NCBI GenBank assembly: GCA_951406725.2
Contig: OX597819.1
Coordinates: forward strand, 24,800,001-24,864,000
Source: Octopus vulgaris
Lineage: Eukaryota
Length of the DNA: 64,000 bases
Direction: 5' to 3'
A model generated the notes under the pieces. The model was not told the origin of the DNA. It did no database searches and saw nothing but the letters and a program-made list of their open reading frames with translations. Position numbers and translations under genes: made by a program. Below, in pieces: positions 35,942-49,382 of this stretch. Every line of letters begins with the position of its first letter. Position 1 is the stretch's first letter.

Positions 35942-37571
35942 AAAAACAACCAATATAAGGATACCTATCCGACTAATAGAAAATAAGTAAGTTCTCATCA
36001 GATACCTCGATTAGCATTTCCAGTTTGAGACGTGTACACGTTGACCCCCCCCCCTCATCAGTTGTCCATTGGAAATTACTATTAAAATTTTGTTTATTCT
36101 GTGACGACGGGTTTCTGTACGGTTTGCGTCTATCAAAATCCAGTCAGAAGTTATTGGCAAATCCAAGGCTATGGTACAGGACACTTGCCTAAGGCGTCGC
36201 TTATCATATCAATTTGTAAAAGATTTATTGCTAGTGAATATGAGTGCGTACATACACACTTTAAAGAGAGTAAAGCCAAATATAATGTCTGATGTATTTT
36301 AACTTCTGAAACAACTAAACTGTGTAGATCATGTTATATATTTTAATAGCGAAACAAGTCGGTGGATTTGGCTTTAATATGCATTGGAATTTGAATTTTA
36401 TAATCTAAGAATTGTTCCGTACGAGTTGTTTTGATCTTTGCTAAATATGCCTTTTTTCTCTGCGTCGTTTCACTGAAAATCCTTTTTTATTGTTACCTTA
36501 TAGTTGTTTTACTTGTAATATTAAGTACATCGCATATTACCTTAGTTGGATTTGATCCAAATATTTCCACTAGATTTAAGAACTTATTGATTTTCCTATC
36601 TGTAAAGGAACCACACTTGCTGAAATTCTAAATTATTTTACAAGATTGCATCAAAGAATATTTCGCATGAGAAGAGCGTGGCTTTTTTGGCAAAGTGTAC
36701 AAAATGTTCAAAGAAGTGAGAGAGAGAGAGAGTCAAGTTATTTTTAAATGCTTTACTTTATTTCTAAAGAATATGGAATTTAGTTTGGTTGAAATGCTTG
36801 AGAAATTTTACGTAAAATATTCACGTAATTAGTTCTGGAAACTTGTTACCTACGTTCGGTTTACAAGGGGGGTATTTTTAAAAATAGACTTTTTAACCTA
36901 AGAAAAGGGGCAAGATATAATTATTTTCTCAGAAATAGTTAATGGTAAGTAGTACCTACCATAGAGTGGAAAGCAAGTCTCTCTCTCGGCACGCAAATCT
37001 ACGATTCGGTGTCGATTTGAGGCTGCGTATAATCTTCAGTTATGTTCCTAATATCTTTGGTGGAAGGCCTAAGTGTAATAATTCTTAGTTTCTTAACACT
37101 TGATCTTATATTGCACGCCTATCTAAGAAACAGTTGCATGTGACACCAGTCATTGCCCCACTGAGACAACCGAAAATTATACTATTTACTGGTAAGGCAT
37201 CTTAAATAGAAATCACAGTCGAAAGTTTTTTGGTCTAGGACTATTTTGAATAAATAGCTTCTATTATGGATCAGATACTTAAATTCTAAGAAGGAAAAAC
37301 TAGAAAAAAATGTTGAAATTGTTCAGTTTTCCACTCAAATTAGTTTGTCGTGTTGTCTGTACTTCCTGATCTCACTTTGAATGTGCGGGTATCTTTTTAG
37401 TTATTTCTTTATTACCCACTAGGGGCGACACAGAGGTGGACACCAAAAGACATGGGGACATAGAACATTTATAATTAAAATTTATGAAAAATGAATTGTT
37501 AAGTGAAAGAAAATGATATTATGAAAGCGATACCAAGGGTATCTTTTTAGTGTTCCACCGCACAACTGAAA

Positions 37572-37927
37572 ATTCCTTTCTACTGCAGGTACAAAAGACT
37601 GAAATTTGGAGGAATGGTGTAGTCGATTACATCAACCCCAATAAGCCATTCCATTTAATTCATTATAAATAATTCATTTCATTCTTTTTGATTTTTTTTA
37701 TTATGTGTACCCCATGTCTGTTGTAATGTCCCCTCTTAATTCGGGCCATGTGCCTATAATAAAGATTTTATCGACCCCCAATAATTAACTGGCATTTATT
37801 TAATCGACCCCGAAACGATAAAAGGCAAAGTCGACTTCGATAGAATTTGAACTCAGAACGCAAAGTCGAAAGAAACGACACTAAGCATTTTGTCCGGCGT
37901 GCTAACGATTCTGCAGTTTGCAACCTT
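37572..37927 (-). mobile_element. Diverged, interrupted SINE family A
   Basis: A head and body at 37785-37927; alternative tail at 37572-37640. Confidence 0.7.
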
Positions 37928-37944
37928 TCACAACACAGATAATG

Positions 37945-38273
37945 GTTTCAAATTTTGGCGCAAAGACAGCAATTTCGACTAAGTGTCGCGCATCGGCTGC
38001 GTCAGCGCCCGCAAAGACGCTCGACATGCACCGCACGCTTTGCACCAAATAATGAACCACCGCTCAGCGACGGCCTGATCCCTTCACTATCGGATAAGCC
38101 GGATTAGGTCGACCCCAGTACTCAACTGGTACTTATTTTATCGACCCCAAAAGGCTGAAAGGCAAAGTCGACCTCAGCGGAATCTTAACTCAGAAGGTGA
38201 AGACGGACGAAATACTTACTAAACATTTTGCCCGGCATGGCTTAACGATTCTTCTGCCTGCTAAGCGCCTTTT
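37945..38273 (-). mobile_element. SINE family A with 17-bp TSD and internal GC-rich insert
   Basis: TSD TTCACAACACAGATAAT on both sides. Confidence 0.85.
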
Positions 38274-38292
38274 TTCACAACACAGATAATAA

Positions 38293-38613
38293 GGCAACCA
38301 ATCGGTTTTGGTTTCCAGAAAGTAAAAGACTGTATGCTTGGTAACTTCTGTAAAACATTTTTATTTCTTTGCTTTCTATTTCAGCTTACACACAGACCTC
38401 TACATACATGCACACATTCATTTGCATACACAAAAATACATAAAACAAAAGCGATTCGTGAAATCAGAAGACCTGTATATTTATGTGTGTGTGTGTTCGA
38501 TTGTCATTTTCACTGTTCAGCTGCAAACAAATAAACATTTAAAACATAAAACTTACACGGAACTTGCCGAACATATAGTTTTACTTTCTTGAGACCAAAA
38601 CCGATTGATTGCC
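38293..38613. mobile_element. MITE with ~43-bp TIRs
   Basis: GGCAACCAATCGGTTTTGGTTTCCAGAAAGTAAAA...TTTTACTTTCTTGAGACCAAAACCGATTGATTGCC; ATAA on both flanks; superfamily uncertain. Confidence 0.8.
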
Positions 38614-39561
38614 ATAAGGCGATAATAAATACATGAGTTAGAATTTCTGTCCCGAGACACGAACCAGCAGAGAAATTATTGTAATATTCACGCTTGAGTT
38701 TTTATTTAAGTTTATTTTATCGACATCCTCCTTCTTCAGCGTTCTCCGAAATAATTGAAAACCGTAAAGGAAACTCTAGAAAACATAACTTGACTTCCGA
38801 ACGATTATGTGAAACATTTAGTCAGGTCATCAAGCATCTAAACTACTTCTTCAATATAGTTTATTTTATAAATAAAGTTTAAATAGCGACCTACATGTAT
38901 TTGCGGGTGGGAGAATGAAAAGTGTTCACATGTCACTTTTGGTACAGATCTAGCTGTTAGTTGATAATTTATCTAACTTGTTCTTTACATCAAGAGTTGA
39001 GAAAGTGATGCCTTTGGTTCTATTAAATGTGGATGGAGCTAATAAATAAGAAGGCGGCGGTGGGTGAGTGAGTGAATGAATGAAATGAATGATTTGTAAG
39101 AATCTACACAGAACAGATGCTTACCTATGGATACCGACACACGTTGGCATGCATAAACATGACAGAGTAGGAAAGCTCTTATTCGTCTCCTTTACTTCAT
39201 AGCTTTTACTTGAATTCTTAAAGATGTTTTTTGTACATATATATGTTGAAGTATGTAGCTTTTCCCTCTCCTTACTATTTTCTTTTTTTTCCTTTACGTT
39301 GCTTAATTTGCTGTAGGCTTTTAGAGGGAACTTAAACACGCAGCTGTCATCATCAGCAATTATTTGTTACCGTCATACTTTGTATGTTTTACTAAGTCTC
39401 TTGAAATGTCGTGTGTGTGTGTGTATGTATGTATGTATATGGTGTGTGAGTGTATTTAGAAGGTTGATTGTTATGGCCTACCAGAGCGACCGGCTGTAAT
39501 AATCAAGTATTTAAAAAAATATTTTACTACTCTAAAGTTTTAAAAGTGTGCTTCTTTTTCT

Positions 39562-39718
39562 GAGTGGCTGTGTGGTAAGTAGCTTGCTAACTAACCACAT
39601 GGTTCCAGGTTCAGTCCACTGCGTGGCATCTTGGGCAAGTGTCTTCTGCTATAGCCCCGGGCCGACCAATGCCTTGTGAGTAGATTTGGTAGACGGAAAC
39701 TGAAAGAAGCCTGTCGTA

Positions 39719-39765
<47 letters not shown>

Positions 39766-39970
39766 TTGTGTGTCTGTGTTTCTCCCCCTAGCATTGCTTG
39801 ACCACCGATGCTGGTGTGTTTACGTCCCCGTCACTTAGCGGTTCGGCAAAAGAGACCGATAGGATAAGTACTGGGCTTACAAAGAATAAGTCCCGGGTCG
39901 ATTTGCTCGACTAAAGGCGGTGCTCCAGCATGGCCGCAGTCAAATGACAAACAAGTAAAATAGTAAAATA
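39562..39970 (+). mobile_element. SINE family B
   Basis: High identity to other B copies. Confidence 0.92.
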
Positions 39971-40838
39971 GTAGTAAATGTAAAATACAAAATGGGACAA
40001 GAACGCAAAACATCCGGACAACTAGGTGATACAAAAAGGGACAACAAAACATCCAGATAGACGATACAAAAAAACAAGGACGGGTCATTCGAAGCTTTCT
40101 ATCCTCAGTCAAGAACCGGATCATCCTCGCAATTTCGGCTATACACACACACACACACGTCTGTGTGGTTAAGAAGTTCGCTTCGCAAGCACATGATTTC
40201 AGATTTTTTGTACTATGCAATATTTTGGGTGTCTTCAACTATAATTCCGACCTACAAATGCCTTGTGAGTACATTTGGTTCACAGAAGTTGTGTGAACCG
40301 TCGTGTACTTGTACGTATATTTTTGTGTTTGTTCGTCCACCGCTTGACAAACGGGGTTGGTTTGTTTACATCCTCGTAAAGTAGCGTTTCAGCGAAGGGG
40401 TGGAATAAATACCAGACTTTGGATCGATTTTTTTTTTCAAGATAGCGCCCCAGTATGACTGCAGTCCAGTGACTAAAACAGGCATAGTTATGTGGTTTCG
40501 AGATCAATCTCACTGCACGGTACCTAGGGCGGGTGTCTTTTACTATAACCCCTGTCTGGAGCAGGAAAAATGCAATTTTAGAATGTCTATGCAATTAGGA
40601 ATGACCTAGAGTCAAATAATAACACTAACACATCAAAAGTTCAAAGATGTTTCGAACCTAGAAGCTCATTAAGTCGGAGCCCATACCAGTTTCCGTGGTG
40701 TTAAAGGGATTGAGAACACAAGACCCCCCACACACACACCTCCTTCTGAATAGTCCGTCGCAAAGTTACTTCTTGACTCAGCTATCGCTGATATTAACGT
40801 ATCATGAAATTAAGAGCCCTACCTAGTAGGCGTATACC

Positions 40839-41237
40839 TATTTCTTTATTAACCACAAGGGGCTAAACATAGAAGGGACAAACAAGGACAAACAAACGGA
40901 TTATGTCGATTACATCGACTCCAGTGCGTAACTGGTACTTTATTTATCGACCCCGAAAGGATGAAAGGCAAAGTCGACCTCGGCGGAATTTGAACTCAGA
41001 ACGCAGCGGCGGACGAAATACCTATTTCTTTATTACCCACAAGGGGCTAAACACAGAGGGGACAAACAAGGACAAACAAACGGATTATGTCGATTACATC
41101 GACTCCAGTGCGTGACTGGTACTTAATTTATCGACCCCGAAAGGATGAAAGGCAAAGTCGACCTCGGCGGAATTTGAACTCAGAACGCAGCGGCGGACGA
41201 AATACCACAAAGCATTTCGCCCGGCGTGCTAACGCTT
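40839..41237 (-). mobile_element. SINE family A dimer with ~15-bp TSD
   Basis: TSD TAGTAGGCGTATACC brackets the whole dimer. Confidence 0.92.
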
Positions 41238-44200
41238 CTCTGCCAGTTCGCTGCCTTTAGTAGGCGTATACCATTCCGCTCGGAATCGAACCTATGACGG
41301 TAGTCAGTCTAATACCCTAATCACTAAGCAAGAATAAAGAGGCACGAAAAGCCAAAATAGCACTGGTAATTATGAGTTTACCATTTTAGATACCCCAGCG
41401 TCAAAATTCTTTAATGTCTGTGCTGTGTTGCTATTTTAATAGAATTTCATTATAGTATCTGTGTGTTATTGTGATTCTTTTTGAAATATTTCAAAATCGT
41501 CAAAATCTGGAACCTATCAACACGTTACCAGTTACAGTTTATTAATACTCACTCTCTGTCTCTCACGTTATTTTTTCGCAATTATAACTGACCTCTGCTG
41601 AATATGTTATAGTTAACTTTAATGGCACATGTTCGCGCTCTAGAGAGTTCTTTTGTCTTTTATCTATTTTATTCATATTATTTGCAAATTCTTTTCTAAA
41701 ACAATTGACTTTACAGAGAGAGAGAGAGAGGTGGGGTAAACATTTTTCTCGAAAGTTTTAAAGATGTCACGTATTGGTGTCGACATTTTGCTATGCTATG
41801 CTGTGCGCTTTGCAAAGAGAGAGATACATGTGTGTATAAATTACTGCCATCTCCTTTTAGTTTGTCTTCTAATTTGTCCTCCCGTCCATCTCTTCCCTCT
41901 TTCGATCTCACTTCATTTGATCGTTTGTCGTTATTTCGTCTGTCTAACATCCTAATAAATTAGCATAGATTATCCTTTTTTTTTTGTTTTATTATTCATT
42001 CTACGCCATCTACATACTCACCGCATGTTGTTCGTTATCCATCTTCATCTTTCTTGCAATTATTTACTCGATCAGTTTTCTTTTTTTTATACTTTCCGCA
42101 TATCATCCTTTTATTCTTTTTTTTTTTTTTTTACTCTTCCTTTCGGCTGTTGACATCTATTCTTTTCTATATTTTTTAAATTTGTATGTTTTTACACAAC
42201 ATTTCTCTCCTTTTAAACTATCGTCTGCTTTTTCTCCTTGTCATTTTCTCTCTACACCGGAAGACATATGACTTAGATGACAGCCGAAGTTTTAAAAGTG
42301 TGAAGAGAGTCGTCGTATGTTAAATTCAATTTACTGAAAGGCACTAACATTTCGGATTTTGTGGAAATAAGATAGTTAATTATAAATTCAAGTAGCGTTT
42401 ATACGATAAAACATTATGTAATATATTCTGTAGCTTTCTCGTATTGACGGAGCTTTTATTTAGCTATATAACTTAAGTTTGTTTTAACTAAGGAAAATAT
42501 TTCGATAACGTTAAAGAAAGTGACAGTGTTACATATATTATAACTAGTGAATGTCAGTTCGATTATCAATTAGCTCATTTGTATACGAGTTGGCGAGAGT
42601 CACAAATGGACAAGGCGAGAAGATGTAGTGGAAAATGTGTCGAGTGCAACTTGTGGTGTTTATGAGCAAATACATTTAAAACCAACGAGCGAGGCACTAC
42701 GTGGTTACTTGTTAGAAATATCTGTAGAATTCCCTCAAATCACACATAGTCTTTAAAATGGAAAGATATTAGATGTCTTAATGTAAAACATACATGATAG
42801 TCATGACTGGAATGCTTTTGACCTGGGACTAAACAGTAACGAGCAAAATCGATACAGCCACTCATCATTTTCCTCTGGATTTTCACCATTCCAGTGCAAA
42901 TGATTAATTAAGGATAAAAATGATTTCATTTAGGTGAGAATCTACAAATTAGCAAAATTTAAATGTCATGAAATAAATGATGCTGCAAACATTACGAAAC
43001 ATTATCAGCTCCAATCAAATATAATTACTAGAATTTAAGGTTTGCATTGACAAAACCAGAAATGTTTGCTGTTTCTATTTACTGAACGCAAACGACATTT
43101 ATTTTTATTTTTTTATAAATAATGTGACAGCTTACGAACTAATTTATCATTATTATAGCTTTTCTTTTCTCCCTATCTTCTTTTTTTCTCGTGATATTGA
43201 GAGAAAAATCCTATTTAATAGCAAGTTCAATTAATGAAGTCGAATGAACTGCTAAACGGGGAAACTTGATTCTTGCATATCAAAAGTATTACAATCTAAT
43301 TTTCAAACGTTTGTCTGTTAATATTAATCGATTTACATTATTACAACAATAGATAACTAAATAAAAAATCAAGTCTTAAAATAACGAGCGTTTTTTAAAG
43401 CCATAAATATGAAAGCAGTATAATTTTTAATCTACCTCTTACTTCAGATAACCTTCAACTCGAAATCTAAATTATCGAATAACCAGCACGATTTTCGGAT
43501 TACAAATTCTCTTTCAATATGGCTTTAGTGCTCTTTAAAGATAAACGATCTGGAGTGGGGCAAAAAAAAAAAAAAAAAAAATGGCGTGTCAAAGATATTG
43601 AATTTGTTCATTCAGTATTCAAGTTTCGCAAACCGATTATTTATATTTAAAATTGCTGTTTTATCGTTTTCTAATCCCGACTAATTGCTCTTATATTTCT
43701 CGAGTAAATCCTGGAGTGTAGTACGGGTTTGAGGGTACCGTATGTTTTTTTTTTTTTCCTTTGTCGACCGGAATCAGTTTCACTGAGTAATATATGTAAT
43801 TTCACATAAATATGGGTCGCATTTGTGAGCACGAGAGTTAAAAGCCTCTCTTGGGAACCCAAATCCTCAGCTTCAATTTGATTTACTGCCATTGTAGTTG
43901 TTTAACTTCAGTTATATTGCTTATACATTTAAGAAAAAAAGTACGAGTTTTTCACAGTACTATTTTCTCTTATTTTGTAAAATTTCGATCCATATTGATC
44001 TCTGTTGGAGATCAATATGGAACGAATAGCGTAGTTTTTACTGCGGACAGACATCTCATTAGATACAGCAGTTGGTGCTACTTTAGCGTGCGTTCTAGCG
44101 CAGTATCCATAGGCTATGCAGTGAAATGACCTGATCTTGTGGATGAAGTTAGGTAAACGAAAACGGAACTTATAGAAAGATGGGTTGCACCAGCAAATTC

Positions 44201-45161
44201 AAATATCAAATCCCCGGAACATTGTGTTACGCTGGTTCTGCTTGAGAATTACGTTATGGATACACAAAAGCAAGTTCAATTGAACGTACAACTAGATACT
44301 CATCGTCGAGACTGACGGAGATGCAGTTACCTCTAGGTGACAGAAGAATGAAAAAAAACTTTGTGAGCAATATGTTCTCCTACCAAAGTGTATTTATTTG
44401 GTCGGTGTCGTTGATAGACCTTAGATACAAACTGGCACGTTTATTCAAGCTGAGCCTACAAATACTACAGCGTTACTTATAACATACTAGGGCGATGGAA
44501 TGGCAAAATCGTTAGATCGTTGGACAAAATAATTTCTAAGGTATTTGTTCTGGTTCATTGTTCTAAATTCAAGTCCTGCCGAGTTTAACTTTGCCTTTCG
44601 TCCTTTCAGGGTCGATAAAATAAAGTACCAATTGAATACTGGTGTCGATGCGAACTTTATTCCTAAATCAGTAACCATTATTTAAGGCATACTAGAATGG
44701 TAGATTGTGGGATCGTTAGAGCATTGGACAAAATGATTGCCTTACAATATTTATCTTGGATCAATGTTCTGAGTTCAAATCTCGCCGAAGTGAACTGTGT
44801 CAGTCATCCCTCTGAGTTCGATAAAGTATGCTACTAGCCAAGAACTGTTCCTGTGCATGTGTTAGAAACAAAATTTATGGCATATTTCTGTATAAAAGAA
44901 AATGTATTTACTTTTATAAAACTCTAAATCAACGTTCTCAATTGCAGCTCCCAGGGCTGCATGCGACATCCAATTATAATTTCAGCGACCCTCTAAGCTC
45001 TTCCCTTTGTAAATATAACTTTTTCTTTAATTGACTTGTGTTTTACTTTGGTTTGGTTACAGCACTATAAAAAAAAAATTCAGGCTTTGGATCTGGTCCG
45101 CATATTAAAAAGGTTGAAAACCACTGATCGGAACTGTCTGTAATACTATGATATAGTGGAA

Positions 45162-45696
45162 AGCGGTGAGCTGGCAGAAACGTTAGCACGCCGGGCGAAA
45201 TGCGTAGCCGTATTTCGTCTGCCGTTACGTTCTGAGTTCAAATTCCGCCGAGGTCGACTTTGCCTTTCATCCTTTCGGGGTCGATAAATTAAGTACCAGT
45301 TACGCACTGGGGTCGATGTAATCGACTTAATCCGTTTGTCTGTCCTTGTTTGTCCCCTCTGTGTTTAGCCCCTTGTGGATAGTAAAGAAATAGGTATGTC
45401 GTATGCCGTTACGTTCTGAGTTCAAATTCCGCCGAGGTCGACTTTGCCTTTCATCCTTTCGGGGTCGATAAATTAAGTACCAGTTACGCACTGGGGTCGA
45501 TGTAGTCGACTTAATCCGTTTATCTGTCCTGTCTGTGTTTAGCCCCTTATGGGTAATAAAGAAACAGATATTTCATCCGTCCTTACGTTCTGAGTTCAAA
45601 TTCCGCCGAGGTCGACTTTGTCATACTTTCGGGGTCGATGTAATCGACTATCCCTCTCCCCCGAAATATCTAGCCCCGTACTAAAATTTGAAATCA
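45162..45696 (+). mobile_element. SINE family A trimer
   Basis: Two tail-1 units, then a deleted unit with the alternative tail. Confidence 0.9.
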
Positions 45697-46628
45697 TTCT
45701 CATATTACCCAGTAAGGTGTTGTTTTTTTTTTTTTTTTTTTTTTTTTTTATTTAACTTTCAGATCACTAGTTTCTTTTCATTTCTCACTTAAAGCGTTTA
45801 AGTGTATCTGTTTTAGAAACCCCAGATTGTTTTCTTACAATAGTTTCAGCTGTTTCCCTTACCTTAACAAATATATATTTTCATATTTACTCTTTGCGGT
45901 TTGCGTCGTAAAAGGAACAGAAAATAAAGCCCAATAAAAAAAGCCCAACAGTTTCTAAAGTCGTAGGCATATTCACGTTCGTACGTATGTGTATATATTT
46001 GGATGCACGTACACATATTTAACGTCTTAACTCCGCGAACAGTTTAGCTAATCTGCTAAACAAATATCTTGAAAAATAAAGATTCATGAATGATATATGT
46101 ACGTAGCTTTTACCAAACATATTCTTCTCATCCGCCAACCCTCTACTTGTCCGCCTTGCCTCCTCAAACAAAGAAAATAAAAATATAACAAAGTCCTCTC
46201 GTACCCTCATTCAACAACCACTCATATTAAACGCACCCGTATTACAAATGTGCGCCAACAAATAGTCGCTCTATTACCTTTTCTTCCTCTTTATATCTTC
46301 TATTATTTCTTTCTTAAACTGTCTATACATTTTTATCATTCTATATCTTATTCATAACTTACTATTTTCACTCAAGGCACATTTCCTTCTTGCTCGAATG
46401 AAAAACAGTTGCTATCCCAGTGTAGAAGCAGATACCCTACCCCAAAACTTTTTTTCTTTTGCTTTATTTTTATTATTTTTTTTTCTGTCTTATTCTCTTT
46501 TTACACGCTTCTTCAGCTACGAATATGCAGTTCCACTGACTCGCTCTTTGCAACTACCATTACCATATTACAATCCTCTCACTTTCCGAAGTATATATAT
46601 ATATATACACACAACACACACACACAGG

Positions 46629-46688
<60 letters not shown>

Positions 46689-46937
46689 TATGTATATATT
46701 GGCAGGGCTTACTGCTAGGGAGTCGGCCGTATGTTAGAAATAGACCATCAACGATCAAACTACAAGGAAATTCTCTAGAGGAAAAATACAGCGAACACCA
46801 GAACCAAATTTGGCGGGCAGGACAGATGAAAATTTATATAAAAAACAGAATTAAATGCATACCTCGGTTTCGGCCTTTAACAAAAGAATTACTTACGTAA
46901 TTCAAATGTCCATGCTTCTTCAGTGCATATATATATA

Positions 46938-47324
46938 CTAGCAGTATCGCCCGGCGTTGCTCGGGTTTGTAAGGGAAATAACTATAAAGCATTTTTAGAG
47001 AGTTATAGCCAAAAAATAGCAAAAAAATGGGGAAAAAAATGATGGTAAATTTTTTTGAGTTAAAAAGGTCGAGTTGCGTCCCCTAGACAGTCTGTGGTTT
47101 GTGTTTCTGATTCTCGACCCCATGTCGAATTTATCGATTTTTTTCAGAACTAGGGGAACTTTTCAAAATTTTCGCTGCGTTAGTTTTGAATTATGACATT
47201 GGGCTATGTGTGTGTCAAGTTTCATCAGAATCGGTTGAAAGCTGTGGTCAGGGTGAGGGTACAACCTAACAGACACACAGAAACACACACAGACAAACTG
47301 CCGTTTATATATAGAGAGAAGAGA
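46938..47324 (-). mobile_element. Non-autonomous Helitron (subtype 1)
   Basis: Reverse complement of 31291-31663; inserted at an AT site. Confidence 0.9.
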
Positions 47325-47810
47325 TAATCTTTCACACGTACATTGTGTCCGTCTGTCTCTATATTTTTTTCCTCTTTCACATGTTTATACGTGTGCATGT
47401 GTTTCATAAACGCAGTATGTATGGCTCAAAGGTTAAGAAGTTTGCTTCGTAACTACAAAAATCTTTATTATAGGCATATAACCTGAATTGCTTCGTAACT
47501 ACAAGGCATCTGGTTTTCGATCCTACTGTAAATATTCTTGGGTGAAAATGTCCTTTTCTATATACCCTCGGGTCGATCCATTTGACTCTCCCAATAATCA
47601 ATCAACTGATATACGTCTGAATAAAAGACTATACAGCAGAACGAAATGATTTTTTTTTAACTGCAAGTGAGTAATAATGCAGTAGTTGATTGTTGCAGTT
47701 TCCTGAAAGATGTGAGCAACACTTGGAAACTCATTCATAGCAACCCAGTGAATTGGATGATGCAGGATGTCCCGTTAGTCTGGAAATAGACGAACCCAGA
47801 TATATACATT

Positions 47811-48226
47811 AAGGCGGCGAGCTGGCAGAAACGTTAGCACGCTGGGCGAAATGCTTAGCGATATTTCGTCTGCCGTTACGTTCTGAGTTCAAATTCCGCC
47901 GAGGTCAACTTTGCCTTTCATCGTTTCCGGGTCGATAAATTAAGTACCAGTTACGCACTGGGGTCGATGTAATCGACTTAATCCCTTTGTCTGTCTTTGT
48001 TTGTCCCCTCTGTGTTTAGCCCCTTGTGGGTAGTAAAGAAATAGATATTTCGTCTGCCGTTACGTTCTGAGTTCAAATTCCGCCGAGCTCCACTTTGCCT
48101 TTCATTCTTTCGGGGTCGATAAATGAAGTACCAGTTACGCACTGGGGTCGATGTAATCGACTTAATCCCTTTGTCTGTCCTTGTTTGTCCCCTCTGTGTT
48201 TAGCCCCTTGTGGGTAGTAAAGAAAT
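47811..48226 (+). mobile_element. SINE family A dimer
   Basis: Flanking repeat ATATACATT; standard internal junction. Confidence 0.92.
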
Positions 48227-48435
48227 ATATACATTGGGAATATCATCGAAAAGAGTGGCACGAAGGGCAGTGAGTACTCGGTGCACAAGAAAGGTGTACA
48301 GGTAAACGCTGTCCGATTGAGGTCTTCGATCGCATTCGCGAAACACTTTGGTTCAAGCATTGGGTACTCCCAGATACCTGCTTGATATCCCGTGGGTGGG
48401 CTTCATGTATGGGTTTAGGCAACTTCTGTTTTATC

Positions 48436-48791
48436 TGTTACTTGTTTCTGTCATTAGGCTGCTGCCATGCTGGAGTACCGCCTTGAAAAAGTTTTAGTCG
48501 AATGACTCGACCCCAGTATGTACTTTGAAGGCCTGGTATTTATTCTATCGGTTCTATTGCTGAATCGCTCAGTTACAGGAACGTAAACACACCAACACTG
48601 GTTGTCAATTGGTGGCGGAACACACAAGCACGCGTGCGCGCTTATATACGACGGGTTTCTTTTAGTTTCCGTTTGCCAAATCCACTCACAAAGCTTTGGT
48701 AAGCCTTGGGCTATAGTAAAAGACATTTGCCGATGGTTCTACGCAGAGGGACTTAAACCCGGTATCATGCGGTTGGAAAGCAAACTTCTTA
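48436..48791 (-). mobile_element. Diverged SINE family B
   Basis: Recognisable tail and body. Confidence 0.75.
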
Positions 48792-49382
48792 GATCCAAAC
48801 GATTACAGCATCCATACACAGACTACAGAGGGCCCATGAGGGGTAATTGGGCGACAACGAAGGACTACTGATGCTTCATTTACATAATACCTTCATGAGT
48901 ATAAGTCGGAAGCAAATTCAGAGAACGTCAAAACCTATTCACGAACCTCATTTCATGCATCAATGACTCTCATGTTTTCTTGTAATTGTTATTGTTTTCT
49001 TGTGCAAAATATCTGTACGGTTTACATGTTATATTAAATATATGTACCAGGGCTTCCTTCCATACATTGGTTTTGTCATATTGTTTATATAAAGTTATGA
49101 GATGTCATCCTCGTCACTTCCGATCAATTTTTTTTTTTTTTAAGGATACTAGTCGGCATGTTAACCTACTTTGTGTGTGGGATGCTCAGCTATATATATG
49201 CGTTAATGCAGGAGTTGGTTATTCAGTTGGTCGAAATACTGAATTCTCGTCGTCGAACGACGGTAATCTACCTCACGCGCGCGCATACACACAAAATTTT
49301 TTTTTTTTTTTTTGTGTGTGTGTTCCCGTTTACACATACACACGATGATACACGTTTCCATCCGTCCGTCCGTCCGTCCGTC

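Larger units (their letters stand above)
35730..36000. mobile_element. Palindromic element with a hammerhead-like core in each arm (Penelope-type inverted termini)
   Basis: Inverted arms ~35730-35834 and ~35895-36000, each reading CAC-CUGAAGA-R-GGCUG(9 nt)CAGCY-G(R)AA..C-GUA-GUG. Confidence 0.75.

Noticed and set aside
38092-38104. Bacterial REP-like CGGATAAG
   Set aside because: Too short, and explained by the diverged SINE-A sequence GATAAGTCGATTA.
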